NCBI GenBank assembly: GCA_964202905.1
Contig: CAXNJO010000005.1
Coordinates: 192,001-256,000, forward strand
Direction: 5' to 3'
Source: Polyangiales bacterium
Lineage (GTDB): Bacteria; Myxococcota_A; Polyangia; Polyangiales; JADJQN01
Length of the DNA: 64,000 bases
Shown: positions 27,684 through 39,000 of the stretch, in pieces
Numbering within the stretch: position 1 is the first letter of the stretch
How the letters are laid out: each line of letters begins with the position of its first letter
The notes under the pieces: model-generated
What the model was told of the DNA's origin: nothing
Databases searched by the model: none
What the model saw: the letters and a program-made list of their open reading frames with translations, nothing else
Position numbers and translations under genes: made by a program

Positions 27684-29486
27684 ATGCGTCACTCGCTCTC
27701 GCGCGCCTCGTGCGCCCTGTTCTTCGTAGGGATCGCGCTCGTCGCGGGCTGCGGCGGGGCGACGGAATCCGCGCCCGGCGGTGTCGACGATGCGTGCACG
27801 GTCGAGTCCGACTGCCGCGTCGGGCTGATCTGCGACGAAGGCCGCTGCGCGCCGCGCGGTGACTCGCTGAGCGGCGATTCCTGCACGCTGACGGGCGAGT
27901 GCGCGGCGGGCCTCTATTGCAGCCCACGGCGCATGTGCGAGCCCGCGGGAGACGGCGGCTCCGGTGCGCCGTGCGGCACGACGGGCGACTGCGCGATGGG
28001 CCTCGTCTGCGCGACGGTGCGCGGCGAATCGCAGTGCACGGACGCGGGGAGCGGCGATCTCGGCGACGCCTGCGACGACGACCGCGACTGCCTCGCGGGG
28101 CTCACCTGCCGCGACGAGGGCGGGCGCCGGGTGTGCGCCAGTGGCGCAGGGTCGATGGACGGCGGCACCCCGCGCGATGGCGCCACGGGCGACGCGTCGA
28201 TGGACGGTGGCGTCATGGATGCAGGCGAGCCGGTCGACGCCGGGCCCGGCCCCTACCCGATCGGCGGGCGCGTCACGGGCCTCGCGGGCGGCTTCGTCGA
28301 GCTCGCGCTGAACGGCAGCGAGACGCTGCGCGTCGAGGCCGACGGCGCCTTCACCTTCGCGACGCTCGTGCCGCGGCTTTCGCCGTGGGAGGTCGCGCTG
28401 CGCACGCCGCCCGCGGGGCGCGTGTGCACCGTGTCGGGCGGGCGCGGCGTCGCCTCGGGCCCCGTCGATTTCGTCGCGGTCGACTGCAACGAGGGCTCAC
28501 CCGTCGCGACGTGGGAGCCGGTGACGCCGCCGTCCGTCGCGATCACGCGGCGCTTCAACGATGTGTGGGTCGCCGACGCCGAGCGCGTCTACGTCGTCGG
28601 GCCCGTGAACTCGGTGCTCGCGTGGGACGGCACCGCCTTCGCGATGGAGACGCTGCCGACGACGGGCCGCACGTTCTACAGCGTGAGCGGCACCGACCGC
28701 GAGCACATCTGGGTCGGCGGCTCCTCGAGCCTGATGCTCTTCCATGACGGCGTGCGCTGGTCGGAACTCACCGTCGGCAGCGGCCAGAACTGGCAGGGAA
28801 TGTGGGCGCCCGAGGGCCGCGTCGAGAGCGAGCCGCCGGGCGTCTGGGTGAAGGAGTGGATCCCACAGACGGTCGTGTGGGCGGTGTCGTCGGGCGGCCG
28901 CATCGCGCGCTTCGACGGCACGACGTGGAACATCGAGACGTCCGAGGTCGGCGACTACTTCGCGATCGACGGCTTCGATGACGCCAACCTCTACGTCGCG
29001 CGCAACGTCGGGCGCGTGCTCTCGGGCGCGACGGCCGCCTTCACGCGCGCGTGGGACATGGGCGGCCCGACGAGCGAATACCGCGGAATCACCGTGTTTC
29101 AGACCGCCTTCGACGAGCGCTCGACGCGCGACGTCGACGAGACGGAGTGGGACATCGTCGCCGTCGGCGCGACGATCGACGACCGCGCGCTGATCGTGCG
29201 CGGCCGCGCCTCGTACGAAGACATCCCCTTCGGCCGACCGCGCCTCGTCGTCAACTGGGCGGCCGAGGGCGCGCCCTCGGGCACGCCCGCGCTCGAAGAC
29301 GTGTGGGGCATCGCGCGCGACACGATCTGGGCCGTCGGCGCCGCGGGCACCGTGCTCCACCACGACGGCACGCGCTGGGTCCGCCAGGAAAGCGGCACCA
29401 CCGAAGACCTGCGCGCCGTCGACGGACTCGACGCCGCGAACGTGTGGATCGTCGGCGACGGCGGCGCGATCCTGCGCGGCCGCTGA
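27684..29486 (+). CDS. Cys-rich surface lipoprotein with Ig-like and beta-propeller repeats
   Basis: LVAGC lipobox; C..DC..GL.C repeats; IGGRVTGLAGG..LALNG domain; DVW/VWAVG/GTVLHHDG..W propeller repeats. Confidence 0.8.
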   Translation: MRHSLSRASCALFFVGIALVAGCGGATESAPGGVDDACTVESDCRVGLICDEGRCAPRGDSLSGDSCTLTGECAAGLYCSPRRMCEPAGDGGSGAPCGTTGDCAMGLVCATVRGESQCTDAGSGDLGDACDDDRDCLAGLTCRDEGGRRVCASGAGSMDGGTPRDGATGDASMDGGVMDAGEPVDAGPGPYPIGGRVTGLAGGFVELALNGSETLRVEADGAFTFATLVPRLSPWEVALRTPPAGRVCTVSGGRGVASGPVDFVAVDCNEGSPVATWEPVTPPSVAITRRFNDVWVADAERVYVVGPVNSVLAWDGTAFAMETLPTTGRTFYSVSGTDREHIWVGGSSSLMLFHDGVRWSELTVGSGQNWQGMWAPEGRVESEPPGVWVKEWIPQTVVWAVSSGGRIARFDGTTWNIETSEVGDYFAIDGFDDANLYVARNVGRVLSGATAAFTRAWDMGGPTSEYRGITVFQTAFDERSTRDVDETEWDIVAVGATIDDRALIVRGRASYEDIPFGRPRLVVNWAAEGAPSGTPALEDVWGIARDTIWAVGAAGTVLHHDGTRWVRQESGTTEDLRAVDGLDAANVWIVGDGGAILRGR

Positions 29487-29506
29487 GCGCTGCGGAACGA
29501 GCGCGC

Positions 29507-30337
29507 TCAGCCGCCCGCTTGCGCCGGGAGGTCGGTCGTCGCGGCGGAGGCGTCGAGGAGCGCGTCGTCGGGCTCGTCCGGCGGGGCGTCGAGGCCGAGC
29601 GCCTGCTCGAGCCGCGCGAGGCGGGTGCGGAGGCGGTCGTTCTCGTCGCGGAGCGCGCGGACCATCTCGCTCACCGGGTCGGGCAGGCTCGCGTGGTCGA
29701 GCGTCGCGTCGAAGCGTGCGCGCCGATCCTGCGTGCGCGGCACGACGCGGCCGGGCACGCCGACGACGGTGCCGCCCGCAGGCACGGGCCGCACGACGAC
29801 GGACCCCGAGCCGATGCGCGCGCCGTCGCCGATGGGGATCGCCCCGAGAATGCAGGCGTTCGAGCCGACGACGACCTGCTTGCCGAGCTGCGGGTGGCGC
29901 ACCGTGCGCGCCATGCTCGTGCCCCCGAGCACGACGCCCTTATAGAGGATGCAACCATCGCCGATGGTGGCCGTCTCGCCGATCACGACGCCCATCCCGT
30001 GATCGATGAAGACGCCCTGCCCGAGCGTCGCGCCCGGGTGGATCTCGACGCCCGTCACGAAGCGCCCGACGTGCGAGAGGACGCGCGCCGCGAGCTTGCG
30101 ATCGCGCTTCCAGAGGCCGTGCGCGACGCGGTGGCTCCACACCGCGTGCAGGCCAGGATACGTGAGCACGACCTCGAGCGGCGAGCGCGCGGCCGGGTCG
30201 TGCGCGAGCACCGCGTCGACGTCGCGCGCGTAGCAGGCGAGGCGCAGGCGCAGCCGCGCGAGCGGGCCGGCGCCGGGCGGCGGCGCGCAGTCCGGCGTGG
30301 GCGGGCTGACGTGGGGCGGCGAAGGATCGGAGGGCAC
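29507..30337 (-). CDS. cysE: Serine O-acetyltransferase
   Basis: [51 protein letters not shown]. Confidence 0.95.
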   Translation of the reverse strand: MPSDPSPPHVSPPTPDCAPPPGAGPLARLRLRLACYARDVDAVLAHDPAARSPLEVVLTYPGLHAVWSHRVAHGLWKRDRKLAARVLSHVGRFVTGVEIHPGATLGQGVFIDHGMGVVIGETATIGDGCILYKGVVLGGTSMARTVRHPQLGKQVVVGSNACILGAIPIGDGARIGSGSVVVRPVPAGGTVVGVPGRVVPRTQDRRARFDATLDHASLPDPVSEMVRALRDENDRLRTRLARLEQALGLDAPPDEPDDALLDASAATTDLPAQAGG

Positions 30338-30441
30338 GACGCGGCGAGCTTAGGGTCGCCCCGCGATGCTGTCGATTTCGCGGGCCGCGCCGTGTCACCA
30401 CGCGCCGTGCGCACGCCCGCGCCGCGCGATACCGTGGGCCC

Positions 30442-31356
30442 GTGGCGCGGAAGAAGAAGGGCGGTGTGCCCGAGCTCTCGGACGACGAAGCGAAGCTGCC
30501 GGTGCGGCCGCCCGAGCGCATCGCGCGGCCCTTCGCCGACGCGCTCGCGGGCGTGACCCCGGCGAAGCCCAAAGTCGCTGCGACGAAGCCCGGCGCTGCG
30601 CGCTCCTTCGCCGAAGCGCTCGCGGCGCGTGGCGGTGCGGCAGCCGGCGATGCGCCCACGACGCCGGAGGCCGCGAAGCCCGGCGACGCAGAGGCCGGGC
30701 GCCCGCGCTCGTTCTCCGAGGCGCTCGAGATCCGCGAGCGCGCCGCCTCGCCCGAGGCGAAGGCGACCGAGCGCTCGCTCGCCGATCGCATGGCGCTCCA
30801 CAACGCCTTCGCCGGCGTGACGCCGCTCGGGGCGCGCGATCAGCGGCGCGTCGCCGTCCCGACGCCGGGCGCTGCCGGGCCCGTCGCGCGCGGCGTGCTC
30901 CCCGACCTGCGCGACGTCGACACCGAGGCCCGCAAGCGGCTCGACGCGCTCGTCGCCGACGCGGTGCGCTTCGAGATCACCGACGACACGGACGGCACCA
31001 CGCGCGGCACCGCGATCGATCGCGGCGGCCGCCTCGCGATGGACACGAACGCGCTCACGCAGCTCGCCCGCGAGACGCCCGACGCGGCGCTCGATCTCCA
31101 TGGAAAAACAGGCGATGAGGCCGAGGCGCTGCTCGCCCGCTGGGTGCGCCAGCAGCAGCGTGCGGGCGCGCGCAGCGTGCGCATCGTCCACGGCAAGGGC
31201 CTGCACAGCGAGGGCGGGCTGCCCGTGCTGCGCGACCGCGTCGTGCACGCGCTGACGACCGGCGGCGCGGCGCCGCTCGTCCGCGGCTTTGCGACCTGCG
31301 ATGCACGCGGCGGCGGGACGGGCGCGCTGATGGTGCGGCTCGCGACGGCTCGGTAA
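30442..31356 (+). CDS. Smr/MutS2 C-terminal domain protein
   Basis: LDLHG, RIVHGKGLHS..PVLR, GGGTGALMV. Confidence 0.9.
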   Translation: MARKKKGGVPELSDDEAKLPVRPPERIARPFADALAGVTPAKPKVAATKPGAARSFAEALAARGGAAAGDAPTTPEAAKPGDAEAGRPRSFSEALEIRERAASPEAKATERSLADRMALHNAFAGVTPLGARDQRRVAVPTPGAAGPVARGVLPDLRDVDTEARKRLDALVADAVRFEITDDTDGTTRGTAIDRGGRLAMDTNALTQLARETPDAALDLHGKTGDEAEALLARWVRQQQRAGARSVRIVHGKGLHSEGGLPVLRDRVVHALTTGGAAPLVRGFATCDARGGGTGALMVRLATAR

Positions 31357-31410
31357 CGTGCGCGCGCGCGGGGTGCGCGACCCGCGCGATGCGGCTAGCG
31401 TCGCGCCGCC

Positions 31411-32232
31411 ATGCTGGAAAGAGAACTCGACGAGGCCGCGTCCCTGGCGCGCGAGGCGGGACGCATCCTGCTCGACATCTACGCGACGAATTTCGCCGTC
31501 CGCATGAAGGGCCAGGCCGACCCGGTGACCGAGGCCGACACCCGCGCCAACGCGCTGCTCGTGCAGGCCCTGCGCGCGCGCTTCCCGGGCGACGGCATCG
31601 TCGCGGAAGAGACGGCCGACACGAGCGACGGCCTCCGCGCCGGGCGCTGCTGGTACGTCGACCCGCTCGACGGAACCAAGGAGTTCGTCGCGAAGAACGG
31701 CGAGTTCAGCGTGATGCTCGGCCTCGCCATCGACGGCGCGGCGGCGCTCGGCGTCGTCTACCAGCCTGTCGGCGATCGCCTCTACGCGGGCGTCGTCGGC
31801 CAGGGCGCGACGCTCGACGAGGCCGGCGTGCGCACCGCGCTCCGCCCGACCGACGAAGCCGATCCGACGCGCCTGCGCCTCGTCGTCTCGCGCTCGCATC
31901 GTGCCGCCGAGGTCGACGCGCTCAAGGCCACGCTCGGCATCACGCAGGAAGCCGCGAGCGGCAGCGTGGGCCTGAAGGTCGGCCTCATCGCGCGCCGCGA
32001 CGCGGACCTCTACGTGCACCTCTCCGACAAGGCGAGCGTCTGGGACACCTGCGGCCCCGAGGCCATCCTCCGCGCCGCGGGCGGGCGCTTCACGGACCTC
32101 GCCGGCGACCCCATCCGCTACGATGGTCGTGTGCGCGCGGCGCGGGGCATGCTCGCGTGCAACGCCGCGGCGTTCGACGCCGTCGCCCCCGCGGTGCGCG
32201 AGGCAGCGCGACGCGCCGGGCTCGTCGGGTAG
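31411..32232 (+). CDS. cysQ: 3'(2'),5'-bisphosphate nucleotidase CysQ / inositol monophosphatase family
   Basis: PVTEAD, AEE, WYVDPLDGTKEFV..GEF, VVSRSH, GSVGLK, WDTCG. Confidence 0.85.
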   Translation: MLERELDEAASLAREAGRILLDIYATNFAVRMKGQADPVTEADTRANALLVQALRARFPGDGIVAEETADTSDGLRAGRCWYVDPLDGTKEFVAKNGEFSVMLGLAIDGAAALGVVYQPVGDRLYAGVVGQGATLDEAGVRTALRPTDEADPTRLRLVVSRSHRAAEVDALKATLGITQEAASGSVGLKVGLIARRDADLYVHLSDKASVWDTCGPEAILRAAGGRFTDLAGDPIRYDGRVRAARGMLACNAAAFDAVAPAVREAARRAGLVG

Positions 32233-32329
32233 CGACCGCCGCGCGGCACGAGGGACGCGATCGTCGCGCAGGGCGCAGGCCGCGCACGGCGGGGCGATGT
32301 GCCCCGCGTCTCCAGGACCTACGCGGGGC

Positions 32330-32635
32330 TCATTTTCGCGCGCGGGTCGGTGGCGCGGGCGGTGCGGGCGGCGGGACGCGCTCGAGCGGCGGCCGATAGC
32401 GGGTCGGCTCGAAGACGACGCACGTGCCGTCGTCGAGGTCGACGTGCGCGCGCTTGAAGCTCATGCGCCGTGCGAAGAGCTCGGAGAGGACCTCGCGCAG
32501 CACGCGCGGCGTCTCGGCGTGCTGCCGATACTGCGCCGCGAACGCCGGGCCCGCGGCGAAACCCCAGCCCGTGACGCAGGGCTCATCGAGGCGGGCGCGC
32601 AGGGAATCCGGGAGCGGGTCGGTCCACCGGTGCAT
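32330..32635 (-). CDS. Hypothetical protein
   Basis: GGAGGAG RBS before ATG; MHRWTDPLPDSLRARLDEP...; typical codon usage. Confidence 0.6.
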   Translation of the reverse strand: MHRWTDPLPDSLRARLDEPCVTGWGFAAGPAFAAQYRQHAETPRVLREVLSELFARRMSFKRAHVDLDDGTCVVFEPTRYRPPLERVPPPAPPAPPTRARK

Positions 32636-33798
32636 CGCGGTTCTCCTCCGTGGAACGCGACCCGGTCTCCGGGGGCGCGTCGCCCCGTGCGTGGGCGTGC
32701 TCGTCGACATCGACGGCGTCGTCCTCGACAGCGTCTTCCTGGACGGCGTCTTCCTCGACAGCGTCTTCCTGGACGGCGTCTTCCTCGACGGCGTGGTCCT
32801 CGACGACCCACGCGAGCGCAGGATACGCGTTCTCCTCGAGACGCAGCGCGAGAAGCCCGAGGTCGTCGTCATCGCCCTCGCGGTACGCGAAGCGCGTGGG
32901 GGCGTCGTCGTCGTCCATGTCGAAGGTGCCGTCGTGCGTCATGCGCACGGTGACGTCGGCGACGGTGCCGTCGGACGCGACGTCGATGGCGAGGAAATAG
33001 CGCGCCGCGATCACGCCGGGCGCGGCGTGGCCGACGACGGTGACCTCGATCGACTCGATCGCGAGCGGGTAGACGAGACGCGCGCTGCCGTCGGCGTGAT
33101 CGACGATCCCCCACGGCTCGCGCACGTATTCGCCGCGCGGGCGCCAACGTGCGTTTCGCGCGCGTGGGCGTGATGAACGAGGCCTCGCCGCGGGCGATGG
33201 CCGCGCGGGTCGCGTCGAGGTTCACGCGCGTGTGCGACGACCAGAGCGCGTCGAGGCCGCGGCAGCGCACCTCGGCGCCGCGCATCGTCCAGCCCTCGGC
33301 GACGAGCGCGGCCGCGGTGCAGGCGCGCGGGCCGGGCGCGGGGAGCGTGACGCGCGGCGGGTATGCGCCGGCGAGGAGCGAGTCGATCGCGTTCTCGTAG
33401 AGCGTCTCGAGCGCGTCGTTCCAGAGCGCCGTGCCGTCGCGGCCGAGGCGCGTGCGGCGCAGCTCGCTCCAGGGGCCGGGCTCGATCGAGACGTCGAGGT
33501 CGAAGCCGGCGAGCTCGTTCTCCTCGCCGTCGTCGTAGCGGCGCGTGGAGCGCACCGCGCCGAGCGTGAAGGCGATGCGGCGGCACCACGGCGTGTTGGG
33601 CAGCGGCGCGCCCTCGTCGTCGTACTCGAGCTCGGCGGCGCCGTCGCTCACGTCCGTCGTGAGGTCGATGCCCGGGATGGCGCGCCACGCCGCACGCAGG
33701 CGCGCATCGACGCGAAAGGCGACGTCGCGGCGGGAAGGCGTGTCGAGCGTGGCGTCGAAATCCGCGAAGTCGAAGCGTGCGTCCGGGTCGTCGGGCAT
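32583..33798 (-). CDS. Acidic hypothetical protein, frameshifted near 33135
   Basis: MPDDPDARFDF... continues in another frame as ..VREPWGIVD..; acidic pentapeptide tail. Confidence 0.55.
32712..32801. repeat. 15-bp tandem repeat x6 (EDAV[E/Q])
   Basis: GAC[GA]GCGTCTTCCT[CG] units. Confidence 0.9.
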
Positions 33799-33905
33799 GG
33801 GCTCGACGTGCACGGACGGTGGGCGGGGCGCGCGACTGACGGCGCCCCGCGCGGACGCCACGCGGCCCGCTGGCCTTCGGCGCGCCGGGTCGTGCGGCCC
33901 GCGCC

Positions 33906-35327
33906 TCAGCCGGGTGCGAGCGCGGCTTCGAGCTGCGCCGCGAGGCGCGCGCGGTGGGCCGAGACCCAGGCGTGCGACGCCCGCGCCTGCCGGGCCTGAC
34001 CGAAGAAGAGCCGCGCGTCCGCAGCGCTCCCGAGCGCGTGCGCGACGGCCGCGCCGAGCAGCCACGCATCGGGGACCTCCGGGCGGAGCGCGGGCTGGAG
34101 CGCACGCAGCGCCTCGGACGCGCGGCCCGCGGCGAGCAGCGACTCCGCGAGACCGAGGTGCGCCTCGAGGTGGGCCGGGCGCGCGCCGATCGCAGCGCGG
34201 AAATGCGCCTCCGCGAGCGCGTGCTCGCCCGCGAGCAGGAGCACCGTGCCGAGGCGCGTGCGACCGACGAAGCCCGTCGCGCCGGGCAGCGACTCCGCGA
34301 CGAAGGCGCGCCCGTCGAGCGCGAGGCAGGCCTCGAGCGCGGCGCGGCCCGCGGCGAGGTGGGCCGCGATCACCGGTGACGCGGCGCCGCCCGGGGCCGT
34401 CGCGCCCGGCTCGCAGAGCGCGGCGATCGCGAGGTGCTCGCGCGCCCAGCCCTCGAGCAGGTGGAGGTTCGGGTGCGGCGCGGCGAGGCCGCGTGCCCGT
34501 GCGAGGACGTCGAGCGCGCGCGCCGGTTCACCCGCGCGGATGTGGAGGAAGGCGAGGAGCGTCGCGGGGAAGACGGCGTCGTCCGCGAGGTGCCCCACGG
34601 CCGCGCGCGCGCTCACCGCCGAGAAGGCCGCCTCGGCTTGTCGCAGCGCGCCCGCGGTGTCGCCTGCACGCTCGAGCTCGCGCGCGAGGTAGGCGCGGGC
34701 GGCCGCGTCGTCGGGATCGCGGGCGCAGCGGCGCTCGAGCAGCCGCAGGTTGCGCTCGTTCTTCGCGCGCGCCTCGCGCAGCGAAGGCACCGCGCCGTAG
34801 TGCACGATCGGCGCATCCACCGCGGCGATGCGCGGGTGACGGCGGGCCCAGCCCGCGACCTGCTCGTGCACGATGCCCTCCCACGCGAGGTCCGGCGTGC
34901 GCCGCAGCAGACGCGGGAGCAGCACGGGCTCGCCGCGCCGCGCGCGTCCGGAGAGCACGTCGGCGGCGGTCGCCTCGAGCGTCGCGGCGTCGTGCAGCGG
35001 GAGCAGCCCGCAGTCGAGGTCGTCGCGCGCGAGGGCCGCACGGATCGCGTCGTGCGCGCCCGGCGCGAGCCGCTCGTCCGCGTCGAGCGAGAGCACGAAA
35101 CCGCCCGCGACGTGAGGCAGCGCGGCGTTGCGCGCGGCCGCGAAGTCGTCGTCCCATGGCCGCGCCACGATCACGGCGCCGTGCGCGCGCGCGATCGCGA
35201 CGGTGCGGTCCGTGCTCCCGGTGTCCACCAACACGATCGCGTCGACGAGCCCGCGCACCGAGGCGAGGCAGGCCTCGAGCATGGACTCTTCGTCCCTCGC
35301 GATCAGGCAGAGCGTCAGTCGGTGCAT
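33906..35327 (-). CDS. Glycosyltransferase family 2 with TPR repeats
   Basis: LCLIARDEE..L..CLASV, VDTGSTD.T, WDDDFAAARN, LDADE, GIVHEQ, IVHYG. Confidence 0.92.
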   Translation of the reverse strand: MHRLTLCLIARDEESMLEACLASVRGLVDAIVLVDTGSTDRTVAIARAHGAVIVARPWDDDFAAARNAALPHVAGGFVLSLDADERLAPGAHDAIRAALARDDLDCGLLPLHDAATLEATAADVLSGRARRGEPVLLPRLLRRTPDLAWEGIVHEQVAGWARRHPRIAAVDAPIVHYGAVPSLREARAKNERNLRLLERRCARDPDDAAARAYLARELERAGDTAGALRQAEAAFSAVSARAAVGHLADDAVFPATLLAFLHIRAGEPARALDVLARARGLAAPHPNLHLLEGWAREHLAIAALCEPGATAPGGAASPVIAAHLAAGRAALEACLALDGRAFVAESLPGATGFVGRTRLGTVLLLAGEHALAEAHFRAAIGARPAHLEAHLGLAESLLAAGRASEALRALQPALRPEVPDAWLLGAAVAHALGSAADARLFFGQARQARASHAWVSAHRARLAAQLEAALAPG

Positions 35328-35411
35328 GGTGCCCGCGGCAGGGTGCAAGCGGCGCGCACGCACGGCAACCGCGCCCCACCGCGCGCGGTGCCGACGCCGC
35401 GTGGACCGCCG

Positions 35412-35912
35412 TCAGCGCACGCCGCGCTCGCTCGGCGCGTCGGCCTCGCCCGGTCGCACGCCGAAGGGAGACGCCCCACCGCGCGGCGGCGCGATCACCT
35501 CGAGCGCGGCGCGGAGCTGCACGCGCGCCTCGACCGGCTCGGTGCGCGCGAACAGGAGCGCCTGCGTCGTCGCGCTCCCGCGGATCTCGTAGACGCGCAT
35601 GCGACCGCGGAGCGTCTGCCCGAGCTGCGGCGCGTACTGGGCCGCCGTGCCGAGGCCGGACTCCTCGTGCGAGCTGACGCGGAGATCCGCGAGCGTGATC
35701 GCGCGCGCCGCCGCGAGCGCCTCGACCTGCGCGCGGATCGCGTCGTCGGTCGGGAGGGACGTGCCGCGGCCATGCCCGATCGCGCGCGCCGCCTCACGAA
35801 AATCGCGGAGTCGGCCCCGGGCCTGCAAGCTCGCCCAGCCCTGCGCGCCGGCCGCGACGAGGAGCGCGAGCGGGACGACGACGAGCACGAGCTTGCGCGG
35901 CGTGAGCTCCAT
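35412..35912 (-). CDS. Hypothetical single-TM protein
   Basis: N-terminal hydrophobic segment; GC3-biased codons. Confidence 0.6.
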   Translation of the reverse strand: MELTPRKLVLVVVPLALLVAAGAQGWASLQARGRLRDFREAARAIGHGRGTSLPTDDAIRAQVEALAAARAITLADLRVSSHEESGLGTAAQYAPQLGQTLRGRMRVYEIRGSATTQALLFARTEPVEARVQLRAALEVIAPPRGGASPFGVRPGEADAPSERGVR

Positions 35913-36004
35913 CGGCGCAACGTACCGCGCCGTGTGTCCGCGCGATGCACCGATGTGCCGGGGCGCTCACGCACCTGCGCGCACACGCCGTGTACAGTCA
36001 CGCC

Positions 36005-39000
36005 ATGCGTCGTACGCCTTGGCACGGACGGTTCGCTGCGCGCGTCGCGCTCCTTGGGTTCGCGGCCCTGCCGCTCGGCGCCTGCGAGGGCCGCATCACC
36101 GCCGGGCTCCCCGATGCCGACACGACGCGCGACGCGGATGTCATGAGCGACGCGGACACGGGCCGCGACGCCGACGTCGCGACCGACGCCGACGCGACAC
36201 GCGACGCGCACATCGCCACCGATGCCGACACGACGCGCGACGCGGGCACGACGCTGGATGCTGATCTGCTCGTGGATGCGGACGCGCCCGACGCCGACAT
36301 CCCACGTGACGCAGGCACGCCCGACGCGACCGTGGTGCCCGGTCCCGTCTGCGCGGAGCCCGTGCCCCCCGCGCCGCTCGTCGATCTCCCGTGCGCGCCG
36401 ATTGCCGCGCCTGCGGGCTGCATCGCGGGACCGTACGCGCCGGTGCTGCGCTGGTCCTTCGATCCGGGCGCGACGACGGTCGACGCCGCGGGTGCGCGCA
36501 ACGTGGGGAGTGGCCTGCGCGCGGTCGCGGATCCCGAGGCGGTGGGCGGCGGCTTCGCGTTCGTGAACGACCCGGACGTGCCGCAATCGGCGGGCTCGGG
36601 CACGCTCGTCGCGGCCGGCGGCGCGGCGACGCTCGAGCTGCTCGTCCGCTTCCGCACGCCGCTGGACTGGAGCGGCAGCGCGGGCGCGGGGCGCGGCGGA
36701 CGCACGGAGTTGCTCAACCTCGCGGCGAGCGCGGCGACGCTCGAGCTCGCGTGGCAGCGCGACGAGATCACCTTCGCCGTCAGCGGATCGCGCGCACGCT
36801 TCACCATGCGCGAAGGTGGTGTCGCGTCGTGGGCCGCGCTCGCCGATGGCGCGTTCCATCACCTCGCGTTCGTGTTCACGCCGCGCAGCGCCGATCTCGA
36901 GGTCGCGCTGCACATCGACGGCGAGAGCGCCGACGTACACCGCGCGACGCTCACGGGCACGGCGCTCCCCGCGATCACGCGCGTCTCGTTCGGGAATCGC
37001 ACCTACGATCCGCGCGGCCTCGACGTCGACGAGCTCGGCCTCTACGCGCGCGCCCTGCCCGCGACGCTGATCGCGCAGCACGCACGCGAGGCCGCCGCGC
37101 TGCGCCCCTTCTCCGACGTGGACGCGTGCGCGCCGCGCACCTGCACGCGGCCGACGAACACCGACGCGCTCGTGCCTGCGTTGCAGGCCCCCGGCTACGA
37201 CCCTGCGCGTCTCTACGCGCCCTCGGTGAGCCCGACGACGCAGTTCACGTCGGCACCGCTGCCCGGGCACAAGCGCGGGCACACGATGCCGCGCTTCGTC
37301 GCGAGCTGGATCACGAGTTATCTCGCCAACGGCGACGATCCCGACCCGCTCACGCGCGCTCCCGAGGCCCATCAGCTCGCGGCCGACACCTTCCGCGCGC
37401 CGATGGCCGAAGAGCTCGCGACGCACTGGAACTATGGGCTCGGCGCGGGGCTCTCCGGCGAGGCGAACGCGCGCCCCGACACGAATCCGTACGTCTCGCT
37501 GCTCCGCAGCGCGCCGCGCGAGTGGCCCATCGACACGGGCACCGGAGGCGCGGACGAGGGGCGCGGACGGCTCGGTATCGAGAACGCCGCGGGCATGCGG
37601 CTCGGCCTCTCGCCGGGCGATGGGCTCACCGGCTATCGCGCGTACGGTGCTTCACGCGCGACGGCGCTCGCCGCGCTCGAGACGCGCATCCGCCGGCCGA
37701 TCGACCTCTACTACATCGACCTCGAGGGGGAGTCGTTCACGACCTTCGAGCGCGTGCGCGACCCCGCGCTGCTCGCGCTCCCCGCGAACGCGACCGCGAA
37801 CGCCGATTGTGCGCGCCGCGGCCTCGCGCTGCGCCCGTGCCTCGCCGCGGCCATCACGGAATATCGCAACGCGATTGCAGAAGGCGCGACCTCGATGCTG
37901 GCGAGCGCGCCCGCCGTGCACTTCTACGAGGTCGACGGAAACGAGAATTTCCGGGGTGATTTTCGCTACACCCGGCAGCAGAACGATCCGACGCCGACGC
38001 GCGTCGATCCCCGCTCCGACGAAAGCGACGGCTGGCGTCCCTCGACGAGCTCGCTCTATCCGCTGAACCCCACGCGGCTCTACGAGACCGTCGGCGCCGG
38101 GCACGGCCTCGCGTGGCTCTTCGAGGCACGCGCCTACGAGATCGCGCAGGGCAGCCGCTACGCGATGCCCTACGTCGCCGCCGGCTGGTCGTACAACGAG
38201 CACGAGAACATCCGCCCGCCGCAGTGGCTCGGCTTCCTCCAGATCGCGGGCGTGACGGGCGCGCTGCACACCATCCCCGCGTTCTTCGTGATCCCGTCGG
38301 CGGTCGGGTCGGGCACCTGCTCGTGGGGCGTCTGCAACGACGCCGAGTGCATGGGCGACGCGACGTGCCGCGCGCAGACCGTGCAGAACCCGAACCACCG
38401 CGCGTGGCAGGCGCTCATGCCGAGCTACGCGCAGGGCGCGCTCAGCCACGCCGAGGAGCTGCTCCGCGATCCGGCGAGCGTGTGGCTGGGCGAGCTCCCG
38501 ACGAGTGGGCCGCACGTCGTCGGCACCGCGCGTCGGCTCGGCACGCGCACGCTGATTGCGCTCCTCCACCTGACGCACGGCAACGACACGGCACGCTTCG
38601 CCCGGACCGCGTCGCACGCCTGGGTCGGCGTCGACGACGACGGCGTGCCGACCACACCGCCGGTCGCGCTGCGGCTCGAGGCTCGCGCGCAGGGCAGCCT
38701 CTATCTCTACGATCGCGGCACCGCGGGCGCGCTGCCGACGCTCGTGCAGCTCGACGCCTGGCACGAGGTCGTGCATCCCGCCCAGTGGTCGCAGGCCATC
38801 ACGCGCGAGGCCGAGGTCGCCGACGCGAGCGCAGACGTCGTGGTCGGCACCGATCCCGTGACGGGCGGCGACTACACGCGCTTCGACTCCTTCGTGCGCG
38901 TCGCGCCGGGCCGCGCAGGCGAGACGTTCGGGACCGCAGCCACCGCGCCGTACGTCGAGCACGACGCCGAGAGCCGTGAGGGCGGCGCGTACGCGGTGTG

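Noticed and set aside
29507..32232. cysE-Smr-cysQ as part of the sigma54 sulfur module
   Set aside because: Separated by unrelated genes, and no TGAAAC or sigma54 motifs were seen upstream
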